A stretch of 64,000 nucleotides of DNA, from assembly GCA_963717935.1 (NCBI GenBank), contig CAVQXP010000001.1, positions 96,001-160,000 on the forward strand. Direction: 5' to 3'. The stretch is from Candidatus Eiseniibacteriota bacterium (lineage in GTDB: Bacteria; Eisenbacteria; RBG-16-71-46). The notes under the pieces were generated by a model. It ran no database searches. It worked only from the letters and a program-made list of their open reading frames with translations, and was not told where the DNA came from. Positions 55,901-64,000 of the stretch are shown one piece after another (positions within the stretch are counted from its first letter, which is position 1; each line of letters opens with the position of its first letter). A program made the translations under genes and the position numbers.

Positions 55901-56104
55901 CTCGACCGGCCGCGTCACGAACTGCTCGACGTCCGCCGGGGCGGCGTCGGGCAGGTCGGTGCGCACGGTCAGCGAGGGATACGAGATGTCCGGGAGCAGA
56001 TCCACCGAGAGACGCGAGCCGGCCACCAGCCCGAAGAGGACCACTCCGACCACGGCCATGAACACGGTCACCGGCCGGCGGATCGAGCCTTCCGTGAGGC
56101 GCAT
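52904..56104 (-). CDS. RND efflux permease (AcrB/AcrD/AcrF family), first subunit
   Basis: 'SIRRPV', 'GRLLDDSIVVLE', 'LVMASQFES', 'RMRPILMT'. Confidence 0.95.
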   Translation of the reverse strand: MRLTEGSIRRPVTVFMAVVGVVLFGLVAGSRLSVDLLPDISYPSLTVRTDLPDAAPADVEQFVTRPVEEAVGVVAGLARLHSVSRPGQSEVTLEFATGTRMDLASLSVREKLDLVTLPREARRPAVLRFDPSLDPILRLRLSGGGNLQRLRRLAERTVKTDLEGAAGVAAVKVVGGEEEEVRVDVDAQRLGAIGLSVADVTRRLAEENINIAGGSLTEGQAEYLIRTTNEFKTPEEIGDVILATRPAAAGATAAGAVAGVVRVSDVARVSRGGKDREVIARLGEKEAVEISIYKEGDANTVAVARAVKRRVQRLELPPEMKLVTVADQSRFIEQAIGEVRDSAWQGGLLAVLVLFAFLRQLGTTFIVALSIPVSVFATFIIMYRFGLSLNIMSLGGLALAIGRLLDDSIVVLESIFRKREEGLAPREAAGQGTATVSRAVVASTLTTVAVFLPLVFVEGLAGQLIRDQALTVTFSMLVSLAVALTLVPTLSSLRALRRAAPDAGGPPAVRVATGRWGTAMRWLVLVLVFLPRLAVRGVGIAGRWLGPVVGRLLRPFDAGYGWIERAYPRVARRALEHPGRVLAVSAAGLAVTVALGLVLPRNLFPSVSQGEFYFNVRMPEGSALHVTDAALERIAGVVRKDPRVKHVYTSAGQTDLSAFAGSAREANRGQVTVALAKATDRRAEEAVAARLRQEMDRTPGLSYEFGRPALFTFKSPIEVEVYAYDLDTLRTLSVEVARRVAAIRGIRDVESSMRVGDPEVQIVFDRDRLAGMALDPTSASRLVRNAVQGEPSTQYSDLDRKLDVRVRARADERSAVADLANLEVGRSQGRAVPLGAVAQITVGRGPSEIRRIAQQRAAVVSGNLQGRDLASASAAIEQSLRGLEVPPGAKVTIAGQNRELADSFASLRLALLLAIFLVYLVMASQFESLLHPFVIMFTMPMAVVGVVLALLITGTSVNVMVLIGMIVLAGIVTDNGIVLVDYANQLRARGVPKLDALIQAGQVRMRPILMTALVTVLGLLPMSLGIGEGAELRAPLALTLMGGLISATVLTLIVLPVVYATLDRSR

Positions 56105-56113
56105 GGCGGACTC

Positions 56114-57193
56114 CTAGAGCCGGACGGGCTTGATGCGGGCGCCCTGCTTGAGGCCTCCCTGGCCCACCGTGACCACGCGGTCGCCGGAGGCGAGACCGGC
56201 GAGGATCTGGACGGTGTCGCCCGAGATCGCCCCGACCTTGACGGCCACGCGCACGACGGTGTCGCCGCGTGCGGCGAACACGAAGCTCTCGCCGTCCTCG
56301 GAGACCATGGCGCGCTGCGGGATCAGCAGGACGTCGTCGAAGCTCCCGGTCCGCAGCCGTACGCGGGCGAAGTTGCCTGGCCGCAGGAGCCCCTGCGGAT
56401 CGCGCACCTCGAGGGTCACCTTGAAGGTTCCGTTCGCCCGGTCCACCACCGGGTTCACGAGCGAGACGCGGGCCTCGAAGGTACGGCCGGGGAGCGCGTC
56501 CAGGGTGAGGACCGCGCCCTGGCCGGGCCGCACGCGGGCCAGTTCGCGCTCGGGGAAGTAGAGCCGCGCGAGCAACGGGTTGAACTCCTCGACCCGGAAG
56601 CAGTCGCGCCCGGGCGTGACGGTCTCGCCCACGTTGATCATGCGGGCGGTCACCCGCCCCGAGAAGGGTGCCGTCAGGCGCGTCTGGGTGAGGTTGTACT
56701 GCGCCTCGTGGAGCGCGACCGCCGCGTTCCGCTGGCGCCACTCGAGGTCGTCGGTCTCCTTGTCGCTCAGGAAGCCCAGTTCGCGCAGCTGCCGACCCCG
56801 CTCGCTCTCCCGCTCCGCCAGGTGGACCGCGACCTCGGCGCGCTCGACGGCGAGCCGGGCGGCCGTGTCGTCGATCCGGGCGAGCAGGTCGCCCTTGCGC
56901 ACCCAGTCGCCCTCCTCGACCGCGAGCTCCTTCAACTGGCCCGGGGCCGCCGCCACGAGCGTGGCGCTGCTGCGGGCCTCCAGCGTGGTGGTGGCCTCGA
57001 GGAACGTGGTGATGCTGCCGCGCTGGACCTGGGCGAGTTCGACGGGCGCGGCCGGCGGCGGGGCGGCCTCGCCCTTCTTCTTGCCGTTGCCACGGGCATT
57101 ACGGGCCAGGAGCACCGCGCCGACGCCGACGCCGATCACGACGACGGCCACGCTCGTCCAGAAGATCGTACGGCGCCAACGGGGACCTGACAT
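56114..57193 (-). CDS. RND periplasmic adaptor (MFP) subunit
   Basis: N-terminal TM, 'VEEGD.VRKGDLLA', 'APFSG.V', 'LRPG.FA', 'GL..GD.VV..GQ'; ATG 57193 with GGAGG upstream. Confidence 0.93.
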   Translation of the reverse strand: MSGPRWRRTIFWTSVAVVVIGVGVGAVLLARNARGNGKKKGEAAPPPAAPVELAQVQRGSITTFLEATTTLEARSSATLVAAAPGQLKELAVEEGDWVRKGDLLARIDDTAARLAVERAEVAVHLAERESERGRQLRELGFLSDKETDDLEWRQRNAAVALHEAQYNLTQTRLTAPFSGRVTARMINVGETVTPGRDCFRVEEFNPLLARLYFPERELARVRPGQGAVLTLDALPGRTFEARVSLVNPVVDRANGTFKVTLEVRDPQGLLRPGNFARVRLRTGSFDDVLLIPQRAMVSEDGESFVFAARGDTVVRVAVKVGAISGDTVQILAGLASGDRVVTVGQGGLKQGARIKPVRL

Positions 57194-57353
57194 GCCGACC
57201 TCCATCCAGGGGACCGAAACAGGAGCCACCTGAGGGGTTACGCAGCCGGAGCGCGCCGGGTTGCACGGGCCGGCGTCCGGGAACGGCGGGACCCCGGGGC
57301 GCGGCGGCGCGCCGGGGTCCCGTTCCGCCTCCAGCCGGGGGGCGGCCTGCCGC

Positions 57354-59177
57354 CTACTCCCAGCCGATCTGCCGGCCCCGGTTCTGCTTCTCGAGCCAGG
57401 TCATCAGCGGCTTGAAGTACTCGACCATGGCGCGGGTGGACAGCTCCTCCCCGGTGGCCTCGCGCAGCACCGCGCGCCATTCGCGGGTGGCGCCCTGCCG
57501 CATCATGCCCTGGAAGAACGCGCCGACCTCCGGATTGCCCGCGTAGTTGCAGGCGCGAGGATCGGACTTGAGGATCCGCCGCGCGATGTGGTCGTTGAGC
57601 TGGTACGAGAGCACCGTCGCCACGGCGTAGGAGTAGTAGTAGGCCGGGGCGTCGCTGATGTGGGTCTTGGTCGCCGCGTCGCAGTACTCCTCGCCCCGCG
57701 CCATCGGCGGCTCCACGCCCTGGTAGTCGGCCACGTACTTCCACCAGCGCGCGTTCCACTGGTCGGGCGGCAGCTCGTTCGCGTAGAGGTCGGCCTCCCA
57801 GTGCGTCATCACCCCCGAGCCCCAGAACATGAATGGGAGGTTCGCCAGCGCCAGCGTGAGCAGCGGAGCGATCTCATCGCGTCTTCTTCCCCTTCGGCGA
57901 CCAGGCCGAGCGACTGGAGGTAGGGCGTCTGCCGCGCCGCCATCTCGCCCGACCGTCGCCATGCCCTCGTGGAACGACGGGCTGGCGCCGGCGCGCAGAA
58001 GCGGCGGGACCTCGGGGCGCGGCGTAGTTGAGGTCGTAGTAGGCGTGACCCAGCTCGTGGTGCGCCGTGCCGAACCACTGCTCGTTGGCCTCGACGCTCA
58101 TCAGGGAGCGGATGTCCTGGTCGCAGGTCCACGTGCCAGCAGGAGGCGTGCGTGTTCTTCTTGCGCGCATCGCCCTCGGGGACCGGGTAGAGATCCGAGT
58201 TCTTCCAGAAGGACGCGGGCAGCGGCCCCATCCCCAGGCCCGACCAGAAACCCTCGGCGGCCTTGACGACCCACTCGGGCTCGTGACTCCTGAAGGCCGC
58301 GTCGAGACTGGCGGACGAGGCCATCGCGTTCCATTCCTGCGACCAGCGGTTCGGGATCCAGTGGGCGGGGATCCGCTTCGGCACCGGCTGGCCGTACTTC
58401 TTCGCCAGCTCGTACTTCGCCCAGGTGTGCAGCTGCACGTAGAGGGGCTTGAGCTCCCGCAGGAAGTCCTCGTTCAGCTTCACCATCTCCTCCGTGGTCA
58501 TGTCGTGACCGGCCACCTGCAGGGCGAAGTAGTCGTGGTAGCCCAGTTCCCGCGCCACGCCGTTGCGCAGTTCCTGCAGCCGGACGAGGCCGGGCTTGAG
58601 CGCCGGTCCGGTCTGCTTGGAGGCCTCCCAGACCGCAAGGCGCTGCGGCAGGTCCGTGAGCTTCTCGAGCCGCTCGTCGATCTCGTTCGGCGTGATCGAC
58701 TGGCCGTCCAGCATGAAGGTGAAGCCGTTCAGGGTCGAAGCCTGCCGGGTCTCGGCCTCGATCCGGGCCCGCACCAGGTCCGGGTTGGTCATCGGCCCCT
58801 CGGCCGCGTTCAGCAGGACGCGCTCCAGTTGCCGGACCGTGAGCGGCTCGAGCTCGGACCGGCGTTCGAGCAGGGTCTTGGCCTCGGTGATCACCGCGGG
58901 GTTGCCGTTGAACGCGGCGCGCGCCTTCCCGGCCGCCTCGGCAGCGGCGTCGTGCGCGGGAGACACGTCGGTCGCGGCGTCCCACAGCGCGCGCTGCTCC
59001 ACCGTGGAGACCGCCTGGTAGCTCGCGTTGACCAGGCTCGAGGAAGCGATCGGCCCGCTCCTGCAGGGCGGACTTCGCGGCGGCCGGCTCCGCGGCGCGG
59101 GCGAACGGGCCGGCGCAGGCGAGGGCGGCGAGGACGAGGGCGACGGCGAGCGCGAGCGGCGTTCTGCGGTGACGCAT
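57354..59177 (-). CDS. M2 family (ACE-like) peptidyl-dipeptidase, secreted; several frameshifts
   Basis: Pieces join into signal peptide, 'HASCWH', 'HHELGHAYY', 'SFHEG', 'WN..WW.YV..YQGV.PP', 'ATGE.LS...M.EYF.PL..WL'. Frame changes near 59039, 58123, 58020, 57948 and 57875-57900. Confidence 0.88.
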
Positions 59178-59431
59178 CGAGGACTCCCGGGTTGCGGCCC
59201 TTGGGGCGGTGCCTCCGCGGGTACGGCGAGAGGCGCGACGCATGGCACCCGGGAGGCTAGCAGATTCGCCGCGTGACCGGAGAGCCGGAACGCGAGCGGG
59301 GAGGGCATCCCGGTCCCCGGGGCCGGTTGACATCCTCGCCGGGGGGGCGTTCCCTCCGGGCAGGCTCCGGCACCGGAGGCACGAGGTCGCATCCGTTCCG
59401 GGGACACGGCCGCACACCGAAGGAGGACGGG

Positions 59432-59803
59432 ATGCATTGTCCACGCTGCAGCACCGAGTACGAGCCGGACGTCACGCGGTGCCCCGTCTGCGACATCGCC
59501 CTCACCGATGACGCCGCGCCGCCGGGGCCTGGCGAACCGGAGTGGGTGGAGCTCGTCACGGTGCTCGAGACCGGCGATCCCTCGCTCCTGCTGGTGACGA
59601 AGTCGCTGCTCGACGTCGAGGGCGTGCCCTCCTTCGTCGAGGGCGTGGGGGTCTACGAGGGGCTGGGGGCGGGACGCATCGCCGGGGCCGACATGCCGAT
59701 GGGCCCCGGCAGGCTTCGCGTCCGCGCCGAGGACGCGGACACCGCCCGGGAGTTGCTGGCGAATCTGCAGCCGCTGAAGGAATCGGGCGAACCGGACTCC
59801 TGA
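59432..59803 (+). CDS. Zn-ribbon + DUF2007-like putative signal transducing protein
   Basis: 'CPRC..EY...V..CPVC..AL', 'KSLL..EGVP', 'LRV..ED...ARELL'; RBS AGGAGG. Confidence 0.8.
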   Translation: MHCPRCSTEYEPDVTRCPVCDIALTDDAAPPGPGEPEWVELVTVLETGDPSLLLVTKSLLDVEGVPSFVEGVGVYEGLGAGRIAGADMPMGPGRLRVRAEDADTARELLANLQPLKESGEPDS

Positions 59804-60074
59804 TCCGCGCGGGCCCGCAGCCATTCGAGCGCCGGGCCTACGGACTTCGCTCACCGGCGGAGCCCGTTGAAACACATGGGGCTACGCCGGGCGCCTCACG
59901 CTGGACGCGAGGCGCCGGCCCATGGCGCCCTCCGCCACGCGCGGCCCCTTCCGCCACCCTCGCGGCGAGCGACGACCGCACCCGAAGTGCTAGCATGCGC
60001 CATCTCTTGAGGCGGTGCGTGCCACGCCCTGCTGACGCGGGCGCGCCCATTTTCCCCTTCCAAGGAGCCCACGC

Positions 60075-61978
60075 ATGAAGCGGTACCGACTTCCCCTGAT
60101 CCTCGCAGCCCTGCTCGCGGCCGTGCTCCTCACCCCGCAGGCCCGAGCTGAGGAGCGCGCGAACGTCCCCGAGAAGCTCAAGTGGAACACCGCGGACCTC
60201 TATGCGTCCGAGGACGCCTGGTACACGGCGAAGGACGACATCGCCGCGCGCATCCCGAAGCTGGCCGAGTTCCAGGGCAGCCTCGGCGAGTCCGCCGACC
60301 GCTTCTACACCGCGGCCTCGACCCTGATGGCCCTCGACAAGGACCTCACGCAGCTCCTGGTCTACGCCAGCATGCGCGGCGACGAGGACACCCGCCTGCC
60401 GAAGCCGCGCGAGATGAACCAGACGGCCCAGCAGCTCGCCGTGGAGTTCTATTCCACCATCTCCTACGTGCGACCGGAGATCCTGGCGCTCGGCGCCGAG
60501 AAGGTGAACGGGTTCGTCGCGGCCGACCCGCGGCTGCAGCCCTTCAAGCCGTACCTCGACGACATCCTGCGCTACGCCCCGCACACGCTGGGCGCGACCG
60601 AGGAGAAGATCGCCTCGCAGGCCGCGATCATGTCGGACAACGCGGCGCGGGCGTACCGCACGTTCACCAACTCCGAGCTGCCCTATCCCGAGGTCACGCT
60701 CTCGACCGGCGAGCAGGTGCGCCTCGATGCCCAGGCCTACACCAAGTACCGCGCGAGCACGAACCGCGAGGACCGGGACCTGGTCTTCAAGGCCTTCTGG
60801 ACGCCGTTACCAGGAGTTCGAGCGCACGCTGGGCACGACGCTCGACGGCGACGTCAAGACGCACATGTTCGACAAGGACGTGCACAAGTACGGGTCCTGC
60901 CTCGAGGCGGCGCTCTTCAACTCCAACGTGCCCGTCAGCGTCTACAAGCAGCTCATCTCCGACGTGCACGCCAACCTGCCGACGCTGCACCGCTACCTCA
61001 AGCTGCGTCAGCGCATGATGGGCGTGGACCAGCTGCGCTACGAGGACCTCTACGCCCCCATCATCAAGAAGGTGGACCTGCGCTACACGCCCGAGCAGGC
61101 CACGGAGATGGTGCTCAAGGCCGTCGCCCCGCTCGGTCCGGACTACGTCGAACACGCTCAAGACCGGCTTCGAGAACCGCTGGGTGGACTTCGTCCCCAC
61201 CACCGGCAAGCGCTCGGGCGCCTACAGCACCGGGGCCTACGGCGTGCACCCCTACCAGCTGCAGAACTTCACCGGGCTCTACGAGGAGGTCTCGACGCTG
61301 GCCCACGAGTCGGGCCACTCGATGCACACCTACCTCTCCGACCAGAAGCAGCCCTACATCACGCACGACTACCGGATCTTCGTGGCCGAGGTCGCCTCGA
61401 CGCTGAACGAGAACCTCCTGCTCCACCACATGCTCGGCCAGACGAAGGACAAGGACACGCGGCTCTTCCTGCTGGGCAGCTCCCTCGACGGCCTGCGCAC
61501 CACGCTCTTCCGGCAGACCCTGTTCGCCGAGTTCGAGCTGAAGATCCACGAGCTGGCGGAGCAGGGCGAGCCGCTCACCGGCGAGAAGCTGAGCGAGCTG
61601 TACCTGGGCCTGCTCAAGGACTACTACGGTGACGCGCAGGGCGTCTGCAAGGTGAACGACCTGTACGGCATCGAGTGGGCCTACATCCCGCACTTCTACT
61701 ACAACTTCTACGTCTTCCAGTACGCCACCAGCATCACGGCCTCGGCGCAGATCGCCGCCAACATGCGGGCGGACGCGGCGCTGAAGAAGCCCGTGACGAA
61801 GAGCCGCGACGCCTACCTCGCGATGCTCTCCTCCGGCTCGTCGAAGTACCCGATCGACCTGCTCAAGGACGCCGGCGTGGACATGACGACCTCGGCCCCG
61901 TTCAACGCGGCGATCAAGGAGATGAACGGCATCATGGACGAGATGGAGAAGCTGATCGCGGAGCGGCCGAAGAAGTAG
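60075..61978 (+). CDS. pepF: Oligoendopeptidase F (M3B) with signal peptide; +1 frameshifts near 60804 and 61150
   Basis: 'W...DLY', 'LHRY', 'GKRSGAYS', 'TLAHESGHSMH', 'FVAEVAST.NE', 'FRQTLFAEFE', 'W..IPHFY..FYV.QYAT'. Confidence 0.92.
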
Positions 61979-62011
61979 GGGCGCTCCCGCCCAGCTGCCG
62001 CGCGCGAACAC

Positions 62012-62048
62012 GGACCGCCGGGCCCCCGGGCCCGGCGGTCCTCTCTCT
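62012..62048 (+). terminator. 14-bp hairpin with pyrimidine tail after first pepF
   Basis: GGACCGCCGGGCCC-cc-GGGCCCGGCGGTCC followed by tctctct. Confidence 0.6.
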
Positions 62049-62238
62049 GGAGGCCCGCGAGGGACCCCGGGGGCGCGTTCGTCCGACCGAATCACCCGTT
62101 CGGACGCCGGGCATTCGCCCGGCCCGCCCCAGCCCCTACCATGCCCGCGCTCAGGAAGCGGCTCGCCGCGTCCGGGCTCCCCGCGCCCGGCGCGGGACCG
62201 GCGCGGCCCCGGCATCGTCCCCAGGCAAGGAGCCCCGC

Positions 62239-64000
62239 ATGAGGTCGTACCGTCTGCCCGTCGTCCTCGCCGCCCTCGCGGTGGCCGGATGCCTCGCCTC
62301 GCCCACCCGCGCGGAGGAGCGTGCGGAACGTCCCCGAGAAGTACCAGTGGAAGACCTCGGACCTCTACCCGTCCGAAGAGGCCTGGCTCGCGGCCCGGGC
62401 CGACCTCACGGCCCGCGTCCAGGGACTCGCCGCGTTCCAGGGCCGGCTGGGCGAGTCCGCCGCCACGTTCTACGCCGCGCTCTCCACCCGCATGGACGTG
62501 GACCGCGCGCTCTACCAGCTGCGCATCTACGCCATGCTGCGCAAGGACGAGGACGCGCGCCTGGGCCGGCCGAACGAGCTCTTCCAGATGGCCAGCCAGC
62601 TCGGCGTGGACTACGCCTCGACCCTCTCCTACATGCGGCCCGAGATCCTCGCCCTGGGGGCCGAGAAGGTCCGCGGATTCGTCGCCCAAGACGCGCGGCT
62701 CGAGCCCTACCGCCCCTGGCTCGAGGACATCCTGCGCTACGCGCCGCACACCCTGAGCGCCGCCGAGGAGAAGATCGCCTCCCAGGCCGGGATCATGGCC
62801 AACGCGCCCTCGCAGACCTACGACATCTTCAAGGCCGCCGACATGCCCTACCCCGAGGTCACGCTCTCGACCGGCGAGACGGTGCGGCTCGACGACGCGG
62901 CCTACACGCAGTACCGGGCGGTCGCGAACCGCGAGGACCGCCGCAAGGTGTTCCAGGCGTTCTGGTCGAGGCACAAGGAGTTCGAGCGCACGCTGGGCAC
63001 CACGCTGGACGCGGAGGTCAAGACCCACCTCTTCGACCGGGACGTCCACCACTACGGATCCTGCGTCGAGGCGGCGCTGTTCGAATCCAACATCCCGGTG
63101 AGCGTCTACCGGCAGCTCATCGCGGACGTGCACGCCAACCTGCCCACGCTGCACCGCTACCTGAGGCTCCGCCAGCGCATGATGGGCGTGGACACGCTCG
63201 GCTACGAGGACCTCTACGCCCCCATCCTCAAGGACGTCGAGCTGACCTACACGCCCGAGGAGGCGATGGACCTGGTGCTCAAGGCCGTCGCGCCGCTCGG
63301 CCGGGACTACGTGGACACGCTCCGGCACGGCCTCGAGAGCGGCTGGACCGACTGGATGCCCACCACCGGCAAGCAGTCGGGGGCCTACAGCGAGGCCGTC
63401 TACGGCGTCCATCCGTACCAGCTCCTGAACTTCACCGGGCTCTACGAGGAGGTCTCGACGCTGGCCCACGAGTCGGGCCACTCGATGCACAGCCTGCTCT
63501 CGGACCAGCACCAGCCCTACGTCACCCGCGAGTACAAGACCTTCGTGGCGGAGGTGGCCTCGACCCTGAACGAGAACCTCCTGCTCCAGTACATGCTCGG
63601 CCAGACGAAGGACCGGGACACGCGGCTGTTCCTGCTGGGGAGCCGGCTGGACGGCCTGCGGCAGACGCTCTTCCGGCAGGTCCTGTTCGCCGAGTTCGAG
63701 CTGAAGATCCACGAGCTGGCCGAGCGGGGCGAGCCGCTCACCGGCGAGAAACTGAGCGAGGTCTACCTCGGGCTGCTCAAGGACTACTACGGGGACGCTC
63801 AGGGCGTCTGCCGGGTGAAGGACCTCTACGGCGTCGAGTGGGCATACATCCAGCACTTCTACCTCGACTTCTACGTCTTCCAGTACGCGACCAGCATCAT
63901 CGGCTCGTCCGCGATCGCCGCGGAGATGCGCGCCGAGGCGGTGGCGAAGAAGCCCGTGACGAAGCAGCGCGACGCCTATCTTCGGATGCTCGCGGCCGGC
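62239..64000 (+). CDS. pepF: Second oligoendopeptidase F paralogue (runs off window edge; +1 frameshift near 62326)
   Basis: Manual translation: MRSYRLPVVLAALAVAGCL signal, then 'NVPEKYQW..SDLY', 'TLAHESGHSMH', 'FVAEVASTLNE'; closely similar to 60075-61978. Confidence 0.9.
   Translation, partial: MRSYRLPVVLAALAVAGCLASPTRAEERAERPREVPVEDLGPLPVRRGLARGPGRPHGPRPGTRRVPGPAGRVRRHVLRRALHPHGRGPRALPAAHLRHAAQGRGRAPGPAERALPDGQPARRGLRLDPLLHAARDPRPGGREGPRIRRPRRAARALPPLARGHPALRAAHPERRRGEDRLPGRDHGQRALADLRHLQGRRHALPRGHALDRRDGAARRRGLHAVPGGREPRGPPQGVPGVLVEAQGVRAHAGHHAGRGGQDPPLRPGRPPLRILRRGGAVRIQHPGERLPAAHRGRARQPAHAAPLPEAPPAHDGRGHARLRGPLRPHPQGRRADLHARGGDGPGAQGRRAARPGLRGHAPARPRERLDRLDAHHRQAVGGLQRGRLRRPSVPAPELHRALRGGLDAGPRVGPLDAQPALGPAPALRHPRVQDLRGGGGLDPEREPPAPVHARPDEGPGHAAVPAGEPAGRPAADALPAGPVRRVRAEDPRAGRAGRAAHRRETERGLPRAAQGLLRGRSGRLPGEGPLRRRVGIHPALLPRLLRLPVRDQHHRLVRDRRGDARRGGGEEARDEAARRLSSDARGR

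Noticed and set aside
48014..57190. Very long alternative ORFs (48014-52477 -, 49627-52956 +, 52469-57190 +; also 21729-24320 + and 61115-63856 -)
   Set aside because: Shadow frames of real genes, expected at high GC; Arg/Ala/Gly-rich with no recognisable motifs.

Overview
High-GC bacterial chromosome segment. A PorV/UPF0164-type barrel plus three secreted proteins with 'PNP...G.Y...L' T9SS/FlgD-type C-terminal domains suggest an FCB-superphylum lineage such as Ca. Eisenbacteria (inference only). Left part (1-20 kb) is mostly housekeeping: ComEC (cut by the window edge), a PEGA membrane protein, an MltD-like LysM transglycosylase, two tandem glgC paralogues, the S2P-trpS-scpA-scpB-rluB operon, a GAF-PP2C phosphatase and cstA. 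The middle (20-42 kb) holds tRNA-Ala(GGC) and tRNA-Leu(CAA), each followed by accessory secreted genes, plus a GAF-GGDEF cyclase, two multi-TM/TPR proteins, a membrane spermidine-synthase-like protein and an 892-aa coiled coil. The right part (42-64 kb) is rich in exported peptidases (M28, S9, PA-domain zincin, ACE-like M2, two PepF) around an MFP plus two-RND efflux cassette; five genes there carry single-base insertions that look like sequencing error. No integrase, transposase, CRISPR array or rRNA was seen. Best candidates for novelty: a tRNA-Leu-linked two-gene cassette with a Cys-rich toxin-like domain on a CARDB/CTD carrier; a sigma28-type promoter and structured leader ahead of a small secreted protein and a prodomain-less protease; and a tandem GRP-octapeptide tail on RluB. 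All family calls are from motif recognition by eye, not database searches.
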